Shown in pieces: positions 1 through 7,804 of a DNA stretch of 32,000 nt. The DNA lies in NCBI GenBank assembly GCA_963704705.1, contig OY969931.1, forward strand, positions 240,001-272,000. The letters are read 5' to 3'. Source of the DNA: an uncultured bacterium (GTDB taxonomy: Bacteria > Patescibacteriota > Gracilibacteria > UBA1369 > PNNO01). The notes under the pieces are model-generated. The model ran no database searches, had not been told where the DNA came from, and was given only the letters and a program-made list of their open reading frames with translations. Made by a program: the position numbers and the translations under genes. The first letter of the stretch is position 1. Each line of letters opens with the position of its first letter.

Positions 1-2199
1 CCAGCATCAACTGATGGTACAACTGATGCTTCATCTACTCAAGAAAGAGAAACTTTTAATGTATATCCTCCGGTTCCTGGTTTGGCAATTAAAACACCAC
101 TGCCTGCCCAGCCAGCACTTTCAGCAACACTTAAAAAGCAAATAACAAAATTAGCTGAAAAAGCCAGTGATCAAAGACCGGAACCCGCTGCTGAACCAGC
201 TCCTGAAGCTGCTGTTAAAGCAGTCATAAATCATGGTATAACACTCCCTGAATTACCTTCATTTAGAGATAAGCTTACCGATGAAAAAAATCCTAAAAAA
301 CCTACTGAAAGATTAAAGTCTTGGGTAGGTAGTAATCCAAAAACTGTTAAAGCAGTAATTCTTGGAGTAGTTTTGGCTGTACTTGGCGGATCTGGATATT
401 TGACTTACAAACACGAAGGCAAAAAAGATTCATTAAGAGGTAAAGATAAAGTTGCATCAAAATCAACAATTGATGTTAAGAAAGAAAAAGTGATTATGGC
501 TCCTATTTCAACAATGGAATCTACTATGGAACCTTCAATGGGTCCTACGATGGCTCCTTCAATGAAAGCCCCTATGCATACGGTTATGCAAGCTGAAGCA
601 ATGCGACAGGCAGCAACAATGCAACATGCTATGAGGCCAGAGTCAATGCAGGCACCTATGCATGCGGTAATGAGCGTTGCTGGCATGAAAGCACCTAAAG
701 AAGTTATGGCTGCAAGTAAAGATATTATGAAACCACAGCCTGCACATAGAACAGCCCCTATTCAAAAAACTGTTGATGTAAGAGGTGCAACTTCTAATCC
801 GCGATTTGCAAATATTGATGTCAAAACAGTAGATGATTTACCAGATGGAATTTATAAGCAAATGTGGCAAGGCAAAAAATTCAATTTAGAAGGAAATGTT
901 TCTTATTCAAAATTTCTGGAAGATGCATTAAAAAATATGATAAAAAAACTTCCAAGAAAAGAGAGATATAAAGCTTTATATGCATACTATCAAGAACTCA
1001 GAAAAACTGAAAATGGATGGCTTCTTTATAAGAAATTGCTTGAAGAAAGTCTTGTTGAAAAGGCATTAACAAAAGAAGGTTTAACTGAAAAAGAAGAGGC
1101 ACAGCTTAAAGATTGGAATGATTATCAGAAAAGACATCGAGGAAGAGCAAAGCAGGCAAAAGAACTTCTTCAAAATTATAAATGGCTAATGAAATCAAAG
1201 AAGAAAGGCAAAGCATACAAAATGTATGAAGATTATCGTGCCAGAGGTGTCGAATTGATGGAATTCCCTGGAGTAGCTCATCTTGAAAGAAGTGCAGACA
1301 ATATATTACCTCATGAAAAAATCAGTTATGCTACCAAAGATGGAAAGGCATTAGGTACAATGGTTAGAATGACAAAAGCAATTAAAAAAGTAGCAAAATC
1401 CTTCCCAATGCCTGATTTAGCTATGGGTAGTACAACCGGTTCAATTGAACAAACGCCTTCTCATACGATGTTTGCTGAACATCAGGTTGATGCTCCAACT
1501 CCTCCGCCAATTCCAGCTGATGCAGTTGTTCATCAGGTTGATGATAGCCAGATTTTATCTGTTGCACCTTTGCCGCCTAATACTCCTAAATCATTTGGTT
1601 CGGCTCCAATGCCTGATCTTAAACCTGTACTTGGGGATATGCTTGCAAAGAGACCTCCTAGAATTCCTGCAGACGCAAGAGTTTATAAAATTGAACCTAA
1701 GGATATGTTTGATGTGAAAATGGCTAAACCGCAGGATTTTGGTTCAGCGCCAATGCCTGAATTAAAAGCGGTTCTAGCAGCAATGGACAGAAAGAGAAAG
1801 CAAACTCCGCCGCCAATTCCGCAGGACGCATATTATAAATTAACTGAAGATGATATTTTACCGGAACCACCACCAATTCCGGTTGAAGAAAGTCAGATTT
1901 TGAAAGTTAAAAATATGGCTCCGGAACCAAAAATGTATGGTGCGGCTCCGCTTCCAAAAGAAATTAAACCTATTTTAGGAGTTAAACCACCGGCAATTCC
2001 TGCAGATGCAAGACCTCAGGTTTACGATATTCCAAGAGGTGAATCAAACGATGTACCTGAATATGCTTCTATTACTGATGATAGAATGCCAAAAGTTGGA
2101 CCTCCGCCAATCCCTGCAATGGCTGATGTAGCTAAAACACCAAAGAAAAAAAGCTTATGGGGAAGAGCAAAAAATTGGTTTAAAGAAAAATTAGCTTAA
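1..2199 (+). CDS. Hypothetical single-pass membrane protein with Met-rich tetrapeptide repeats and C-terminal PPPIP-type repeats; 5' end truncated by window
   Basis: The frame is open from base 1 (PASTDGTTDASSTQERETFNVYPPVPGLAIKTP...), so the TTG at 82 is probably not the start. Predicted TM segment TVKAVILGVVLAVLGGSGYLTY, then a Met-rich tract and repeated PPPIPxDA / GSAPMPxLKxVL units. No family recognised. Confidence 0.8.
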   Translation, partial: PASTDGTTDASSTQERETFNVYPPVPGLAIKTPLPAQPALSATLKKQITKLAEKASDQRPEPAAEPAPEAAVKAVINHGITLPELPSFRDKLTDEKNPKKPTERLKSWVGSNPKTVKAVILGVVLAVLGGSGYLTYKHEGKKDSLRGKDKVASKSTIDVKKEKVIMAPISTMESTMEPSMGPTMAPSMKAPMHTVMQAEAMRQAATMQHAMRPESMQAPMHAVMSVAGMKAPKEVMAASKDIMKPQPAHRTAPIQKTVDVRGATSNPRFANIDVKTVDDLPDGIYKQMWQGKKFNLEGNVSYSKFLEDALKNMIKKLPRKERYKALYAYYQELRKTENGWLLYKKLLEESLVEKALTKEGLTEKEEAQLKDWNDYQKRHRGRAKQAKELLQNYKWLMKSKKKGKAYKMYEDYRARGVELMEFPGVAHLERSADNILPHEKISYATKDGKALGTMVRMTKAIKKVAKSFPMPDLAMGSTTGSIEQTPSHTMFAEHQVDAPTPPPIPADAVVHQVDDSQILSVAPLPPNTPKSFGSAPMPDLKPVLGDMLAKRPPRIPADARVYKIEPKDMFDVKMAKPQDFGSAPMPELKAVLAAMDRKRKQTPPPIPQDAYYKLTEDDILPEPPPIPVEESQILKVKNMAPEPKMYGAAPLPKEIKPILGVKPPAIPADARPQVYDIPRGESNDVPEYASITDDRMPKVGPPPIPAMADVAKTPKKKSLWGRAKNWFKEKLA

Positions 2200-2205
2200 A
2201 TCGTA

Positions 2206-2234
2206 TTTGACATTTCTTTCTCGATGTGGTATCA
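2206..2234 (+). promoter_or_regulatory. Sigma70-like promoter (TTGACA - N17 - TATCAT)
   Basis: Perfect -35 TTGACA (2206-2211), 17-nt spacer, -10 TATCAT (2229-2234), immediately after the upstream CDS and before a non-coding structured region. Confidence 0.7.
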
Positions 2235-2240
2235 TATTAG

Positions 2241-2445
2241 TGTAATGATGGTTCTGTAGACTTCGGTCTTAGAATCTGAATTACAACCCTTGAATTTCTC
2301 ATCTTCTATTTAAGCTTCGGCTTCTTGTGGGGGTGAGCGATTCATCCCCTTTGATACCTGAGTGCTTCGGTATCTCATGTATCAGACCCCTTTAGCGGGT
2401 CCTCGAGAGTTGAATCTAATTTGGCCCTTGGGGGCCCGCTTTCCC
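2241..2445 (+). ncRNA. Candidate structured non-coding RNA of unknown family
   Basis: No conserved ORF. Series of hairpins: TGTAAT...ATTACA enclosing AGAC-UUCG-GUCU; AAGC-UUCG-GCUU; GGGGGUGA-GCGAU-UCAUCCCC; UGAUAC/GUAUCA enclosing UGAG-UGC-UUCG-GUA-U-CUCA; GACCC..GGGUC; final GGCCC-UUGG-GGGCC followed by U-containing tract. Preceded by a good promoter. Confidence 0.6.
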
Positions 2446-2458
2446 TTTATATAGAAAT

Positions 2459-4054
2459 TTACTTAACTGCTTCGGCAACATTTTTAAGATGTCCGTTTAT
2501 TCTTCCAAAGTGAATCATTAAATCCGCAAATAAATATCCGGCTATATGTCCGCAATTACCGCTTGTTAATCTTGTTATATGGGATTTTTCAGCCTTTGAT
2601 AAAGTTGCATTGGTATCAGTCATTTGAGATAGCGCATTTAATGAACTTCTTTTATTGTTTTCTATAAATGCATTTTTTGTTAGTTCCAGCATTCTATTTG
2701 AGTCTTTGAAAAATTTCTCCAAATCTGTTTTTGCAGGAGGCGTGAATTCTATATCGTCTTCATAAATGTGCTGTGAAATAAGTGCAATTTTTTCTATTCT
2801 GTCACAAACGCGTTCAATATCTTTTGCTCCATTAAGAAGTGTTGAAGAATATTCGGAACTTTCATCAGAAAGCTCTTTTCTTGTAACTTCAATAATATAA
2901 CCTGAAATTGATTTATATAATTTATCTATCGAATCTTCATCTGTTAAAACTTCCTGAAATTTTTTATGGTCGAATTTTTTAAGACAACTTCTTGTTTTAT
3001 TAAGCATGTCCTGAGTAATAGTAAGCATTGTACCCATTTCTTTTTTTACAGCGGTGAGTGCAATTGAGGGTGTACTTAATAAATTTTTGTCTAAAAACTG
3101 TACTTCTTTTTGTTCATAATCCTGACCTTTAATTATTTTTTTAATTAAAAGCGTGTAATAACCAATAAAAGGTAAGAAAATTAAAGTATTAAATACATTG
3201 AATGCAGTGTGAGTGTTTGCGATTTGTCTGGTCAGGTCATCAGGGCTTAAAATAGGTATAAAATGTTGATAAACAGGGAATAGAAAATAAGCAATAATTA
3301 CCCCTATTACATTGAATAAAGTATGGCCCAATGCTAATTGTTTACTGGCTATTTTACCTCCTGCACTAGCAATAATCGCGGTAATACAGGTTCCGATGTT
3401 ATCACCGAGTATTAAAAAGAATGCAACCCTATAATCAATTAAACCTGCTATTGCAAGCGCAATAACTATACCAATTGTTGTACTGCTGCTTTGTAATAAA
3501 ATTGTAATTGTTATTCCAAGAAATATTGCCAATATTGGCCAGCTTCCAAACTGAATAAAAAGATTTTTAATTGATTCGCTTCCTGCCAATGGTTTAACAG
3601 CGTCACTCATCATACTAAGACCCATAAATAAAAGTCCAAATCCTAAAACAGCAATACCTATTTTCTTAATTTTATTTTTTTTGGCGAAAAAGAATACAAA
3701 AGCACCAACTGCAATAAATATAGGTGAAAAGTGCGTTAGCTTAAATGCAATTAATTGAGCTGTAATTGTCGTACCTATATTTGCACCCAATATAACAGGA
3801 ATTGCTTTGCCCAAAGTGATTAAGCCTGCATTAATAAATCCAATTAAAATTACAGAAGTTGCACTTGAACTTTGTATTAATGCTGTTACTCCTGTTCCGA
3901 CAAGTACACCTTTAATACGATTTGATGTAAGTTTTTCTAAAACTGATTTTAATCTATCAAGCGTGAGCTGTTTTAGCGCATCCGACATTATGTACATACC
4001 ATAAATAAAGATGCCGAGTCCGCCAACAATTCCAAGTATTACATCCATAGCCAT
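2459..4054 (-). CDS. Na/Pi-cotransporter family protein (NptA/PNaS type) with C-terminal PhoU-like domain
   Basis: Multi-TM protein with repeated QSSSA/T motifs (TALIQSSSATSVILIG; TILLQSSSTTIGIVIALA) typical of the PNaS family, plus a C-terminal helical PhoU-like region. Confidence 0.88.
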   Translation of the reverse strand: MAMDVILGIVGGLGIFIYGMYIMSDALKQLTLDRLKSVLEKLTSNRIKGVLVGTGVTALIQSSSATSVILIGFINAGLITLGKAIPVILGANIGTTITAQLIAFKLTHFSPIFIAVGAFVFFFAKKNKIKKIGIAVLGFGLLFMGLSMMSDAVKPLAGSESIKNLFIQFGSWPILAIFLGITITILLQSSSTTIGIVIALAIAGLIDYRVAFFLILGDNIGTCITAIIASAGGKIASKQLALGHTLFNVIGVIIAYFLFPVYQHFIPILSPDDLTRQIANTHTAFNVFNTLIFLPFIGYYTLLIKKIIKGQDYEQKEVQFLDKNLLSTPSIALTAVKKEMGTMLTITQDMLNKTRSCLKKFDHKKFQEVLTDEDSIDKLYKSISGYIIEVTRKELSDESSEYSSTLLNGAKDIERVCDRIEKIALISQHIYEDDIEFTPPAKTDLEKFFKDSNRMLELTKNAFIENNKRSSLNALSQMTDTNATLSKAEKSHITRLTSGNCGHIAGYLFADLMIHFGRINGHLKNVAEAVK

Positions 4055-4100
4055 AATTTTTTTTGTTAATTTTATCTGATGCTAACATGGGACATTGAAT

Positions 4101-4127
4101 TTTTAAAGTAATTCTGATACTTTAAAA
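4101..4127. promoter_or_regulatory. 10-bp perfect inverted repeat (TTTTAAAGTA-N7-TACTTTAAAA) in the nptA/miaB divergent intergenic region
   Basis: Direct reading: left arm 4101-4110, right arm 4118-4127. Lies 21 bp upstream of the miaB ATG. Confidence 0.5.
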
Positions 4128-4148
4128 TCCACAAAATTCTGTTTTATT

Positions 4149-5510
4149 ATGCAATTAAATTACCATATACAAACATTGGGCTGTCAGATGAACTACTCTG
4201 ATTCAGAGCGAATTGATGCTGTGCTTCAAAATCTTGGAATGCAAAAAGTTGAAAATATGGATAAGGCAGATCTTATTTTGTTCAATACTTGTTCGGTTAA
4301 ACAAAAGGCTGAAGATAAAGTAACAGGTCAGATGAGAAAATTAACAGAATTAAGACGTGAACGCCCTAATTTAATAGCCGGCATTACCGGTTGTATGGTT
4401 CGCAAAACATCTACTAAAAATTCCGAAGAAAAGGATAAGTTAATAAAAAGCCTTTCAGAAATAGATATGGTGTTCAGAATCGAAGATCTCCCAAAACTTC
4501 CGGGTTTAATTAAAGATTTATGGCCTGAAATTGACGCACCTGATTTACTTACCGGAAATCTTGAAAATTATTTTAGTATTAACCCGGTTTATTCAAATAA
4601 AGCACAGGCTTTTGTTCCGATTGGAACAGGTTGCGACAACTTTTGTACATATTGCATTGTACCTTACAGTAGACATCGTGAAAAATCCAGGCCAATCCCG
4701 CAAATCTTAGCGGAATGCGAAAAATTGGTAGACAACGGTTGTCTTGAGATCACTCTTTTAGGCCAGAATGTCAACTCTTACGGAATAAGTGACTATGATA
4801 AAAAAACAGATCTTTTTAATAAATGGTCGAATCCATTTGTTGAGCTCCTAACTCAAATCGATAAATTAAAAGAGCGCGGATTGAAACGTTTAAGATTTAC
4901 TTCAAATCATCCAAAAGATCTTTCAGACATTTTAATAAATACTATGACTCAACTCGAGACTTTAATGCCTTATATCCATCTCCCGGTTCAGTCTGGTAAT
5001 GATGAAGTTCTAAAAAGAATGAATCGAAATTATTCTTCTGATTGGTACAGGGAATTAATAAATAAGCTTCGTACAGCCATTCCTGATATCGCGATTACAA
5101 CCGATATAATTGTTGGATTTTGTGGAGAAACCGAGGAGCAATTCCAGGATACAATTCAGCTTTATAAAGATGTTAAATGGGACATGTGCTATCTTTCAAA
5201 ATATTCCGATCGCATAGGCACTTTTGCTTCTTCAAATATACCTGATGATATTCCTGAAGAAGTTAAAACCGACCGCTGGCACAGATTAAACGCAGTTTTA
5301 AAACAAACAGCATTTGACCAAAATCAAAAATTCAAAGGCCGCACAGTTAAAGTTTTAGTTGAAAAATGCAGAAAAGGAATTTGCGAGGGCAGAAGCGAAC
5401 ATTTCAAGACAGTTCAGTTTAATTCACACGAAGAATTAACAGGAAAAATTATTGAAGTTAAAGTGGTTAATGCAAGAGAGTGGCTATTGGAAGGTGAACT
5501 TATTTCTTGA
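4149..5510 (+). CDS. miaB: tRNA-2-methylthio-N6-dimethylallyladenosine synthase (MiaB family radical SAM methylthiotransferase)
   Basis: TLGCQMNYSDSERI N-terminal cluster motif, radical SAM motif GCDNFCTYCIVPYSRHREKSRP, C-terminal TRAM-like region. TGA stop codon. Confidence 0.9.
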   Translation: MQLNYHIQTLGCQMNYSDSERIDAVLQNLGMQKVENMDKADLILFNTCSVKQKAEDKVTGQMRKLTELRRERPNLIAGITGCMVRKTSTKNSEEKDKLIKSLSEIDMVFRIEDLPKLPGLIKDLWPEIDAPDLLTGNLENYFSINPVYSNKAQAFVPIGTGCDNFCTYCIVPYSRHREKSRPIPQILAECEKLVDNGCLEITLLGQNVNSYGISDYDKKTDLFNKWSNPFVELLTQIDKLKERGLKRLRFTSNHPKDLSDILINTMTQLETLMPYIHLPVQSGNDEVLKRMNRNYSSDWYRELINKLRTAIPDIAITTDIIVGFCGETEEQFQDTIQLYKDVKWDMCYLSKYSDRIGTFASSNIPDDIPEEVKTDRWHRLNAVLKQTAFDQNQKFKGRTVKVLVEKCRKGICEGRSEHFKTVQFNSHEELTGKIIEVKVVNAREWLLEGELIS

Positions 5511-5847
5511 TTGTTTTTGCTCTGATTGATTCATAAATAAATAATAAACCTATTATTGTTGGCGGCAAAGTTATTAATAAAACCACTATCAAATCTTGGT
5601 ATGTCTTAAAGAATATCAATGAAGCCAGCGCAAGGATTAAAAATATAATTCCGCCAATTTTAGGCCTTTTCCATGCGATAATTAGCGCTGCTATAAGCAA
5701 AAGTGTAGGGATATTATGCATAAAAAATGCCACAAGGATTTCAGGAAAGCTATATCCTTCAAAAAAAACATCAATCGACAAAAGTCCAATAAACAGTATT
5801 AATAAAATAGTTAGTATACGCGCTCCCCAGCGCAAAGTTTTGAGCAT
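5500..5847 (-). CDS. Small multi-TM hypothetical membrane protein (115 aa)
   Basis: ORF begins 2 nt after the alaS stop on the same strand; several hydrophobic helices; overlaps the 3' end of miaB by 11 bp. Confidence 0.6.
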   Translation of the reverse strand: MLKTLRWGARILTILLILFIGLLSIDVFFEGYSFPEILVAFFMHNIPTLLLIAALIIAWKRPKIGGIIFLILALASLIFFKTYQDLIVVLLITLPPTIIGLLFIYESIRAKTIKK

Positions 5848-5849
5848 AA

Positions 5850-7655
5850 TTATTCGTTGCTAACGATTGCTTTGATTCTTCGGACCCCTGCGCTCGAACT
5901 TTGTTCTTTTTTAATTTTGAATGAACCGAGTTCTTTAGTGTTTTGCACGTGAGGACCGCCACAAATTTCTTTGCTGAAATCGCCAACGCTGTAAACCTTA
6001 ACAGTGTCACCATATTTTGATTCAAATAGTCCGATTGCGCCTTTTTCTTTTGCTTTGTTAACTGTCATTTCTTCACATGTTACAGGCAATTCACGCTGAA
6101 TTTGTTCATTAACTATTTTTTCAACTTCGGCGATTTGTTCCGGAGTCATTTTGTCAGGATGAGTGAAATCAAAACGTAAACGATCAACTGTGATGTTTGA
6201 ACCTTTTTGCTCAACATGGTCACCCAAAACATTTCGGAGCGCTTGATGCAAGAGGTGAGTGGCTGTATGAAGTTTTGTAGTTTGCTCAGAATGGTCCGCT
6301 AATCCGCCTGCAAATTTTTCTTTTGCTCCTGCACGTGAAAGCTCCTGATGTTTTTGATATGCCTTTTCATATCCTTCACGGTCAACTTTTAAACCGTTTT
6401 CCTTTGCTAATTCTTCTGTCATTTCAATAGGGAAACCGTAAGTGTCATAAAGCTTAAATGCCAATCTGCCCGGCAAAACAGGCTCTTTACCTTTCATTAA
6501 ATTTGGAAGCATTTTTTCGAATTCTTTTTCACCCTGCGTTAATGTTTTGCTGAATTGTTCTTCTTCTTTGCTTAATTCAGCCATTATTTTGTCACTGAAT
6601 TCTTCCAGCTCGGGATATACATCTTTATAAATATCAATATAAGTTTTGGCTATTTCACAACAGAAAGCCCCTAAAATACCTAGTTTTTTTGCATATCTTA
6701 TTGCACGTCTGATCAAACGTCTCAATACATAACCCTGATCAGTATTTGATGGAGCAATGCCAAAAGGATCTCCCAAAATAAACACAGCAGCACGCAAATG
6801 GTCAGCAACTATTCGTTCAGCTAAGGTATCGTTATTAGTTGAAAGTTCGCGGATTTTTTTCATCACAGGTACAAAAAGATCTGTTTCAAAAGGAGTATCA
6901 ACTCCCTGCAATAAACATATTACACGATCCAGACCAAGTCCGGTATCAACATTTTTCTGAGCCAAAGGAGTAAAGCTTCCGTCTTCATTTTTATTATATT
7001 GCATAAAAACGTTATTCCAGATTTCAACATATTTCCCGCATTCGCACGAAGGCCCAAGCTCATCGCATTTTTCGCATTTTGGTATATCTTTAATATAAAA
7101 AATTTCAGTGTCAGGTCCGCATGGTCCTGTTTGACCAGCAGGCCCCCACCAGTTTTCTTTTTTGCTGTAAAAATAAATTAAGCCGCCTTCACATGGTTGA
7201 CCTTTATCAACTCTTCTAAATCCAAGTTCTTCCCATGCTTTTGCAGCTTCGTCATCTCGAGGCGCATCAGCATCTCCTTCAAAACATGAAACTACAAGTT
7301 TATTAGGGTCGAATCCAAGCTCTTCAGTCAAAAATTCATATGACATTTTAATCGATTCTTCCTTAAAATAATCACCTAACGACCAATTCCCCATCATTTC
7401 GAAAAAAGTAAGATGGGTCGTATCTCCAACTTCATCAATGTCGTCGGTTCTTAAACATTTTTGGAAATCAACCAATCGATTGCCAGCGGGGTGTTTTTCA
7501 CCAAGTAAAAAGGGTACCAAAGGATGCATACCCGCTGTTGTAAATAAAACAGTAGGGTCATTTTCAGGTATTAAAGAACCACCTTTAATCTCTTTATGGT
7601 CATGTTTTTTTACAAAGAAATCAATATATTTCTGACGAAGTCCCGAAGCTTTCAT
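5850..7655 (-). CDS. alaS: Alanyl-tRNA synthetase, short form lacking the C-Ala domain (601 aa)
   Basis: N-terminal catalytic motifs (LFTTAGMHPLVPFLLGEKHPAGNRLVDFQKCLRTDDIDEVG), HTATHLLHQAL and SKEICGGPHV of the editing/SAD domain; ends right after SAGVRRIKAIV. Confidence 0.96.
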   Translation of the reverse strand: MKASGLRQKYIDFFVKKHDHKEIKGGSLIPENDPTVLFTTAGMHPLVPFLLGEKHPAGNRLVDFQKCLRTDDIDEVGDTTHLTFFEMMGNWSLGDYFKEESIKMSYEFLTEELGFDPNKLVVSCFEGDADAPRDDEAAKAWEELGFRRVDKGQPCEGGLIYFYSKKENWWGPAGQTGPCGPDTEIFYIKDIPKCEKCDELGPSCECGKYVEIWNNVFMQYNKNEDGSFTPLAQKNVDTGLGLDRVICLLQGVDTPFETDLFVPVMKKIRELSTNNDTLAERIVADHLRAAVFILGDPFGIAPSNTDQGYVLRRLIRRAIRYAKKLGILGAFCCEIAKTYIDIYKDVYPELEEFSDKIMAELSKEEEQFSKTLTQGEKEFEKMLPNLMKGKEPVLPGRLAFKLYDTYGFPIEMTEELAKENGLKVDREGYEKAYQKHQELSRAGAKEKFAGGLADHSEQTTKLHTATHLLHQALRNVLGDHVEQKGSNITVDRLRFDFTHPDKMTPEQIAEVEKIVNEQIQRELPVTCEEMTVNKAKEKGAIGLFESKYGDTVKVYSVGDFSKEICGGPHVQNTKELGSFKIKKEQSSSAGVRRIKAIVSNE

Positions 7656-7665
7656 AATATTATAC

Positions 7666-7714
7666 TTACTTAGTATGGGGGTACTTACTAAGTAACCCCC
7701 CAGTTACTTAGTAA
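7666..7714. repeat. Three TTAC-N3-GTAA-like palindromic units plus a G5/C6 hairpin upstream of alaS
   Basis: TTACTTAGTA (7666-7675, partial), TTACTAAGTAA (7685-7695), TTACTTAGTAA (7704-7714); GGGGG 7677-7681 complements CCCCCC 7696-7701. Confidence 0.6.
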
Positions 7715-7804
7715 TTTACACCCATGATTCTAGAGAATTTTCTTGTATTTAACAAGGATTTTTGCCATATTATACCCACACAAACTTAATTAAATTCAAC
7801 ATAT

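Noticed and set aside
405-686. Minus-strand 93-aa ORF rich in Cys/Ile/Ala
   Set aside because: It is the antisense shadow of the Met-rich tract (CAT read as antisense of ATG). The composition is an artefact and it lies entirely inside a well-supported CDS.
2241-2445. Possible tmRNA, RNase P or SRP RNA identity
   Set aside because: By eye I found no tmRNA tag/T-arm, no RNase P CR-I/CR-V motifs and no SRP domain IV loop. Formal covariance-model searches are still needed.
5508-5510. Alternative genetic code 25 (UGA = Gly) as in Gracilibacteria/Absconditabacteria
   Set aside because: miaB ends on TGA at the expected length, and conserved proteins are full length under the standard code.
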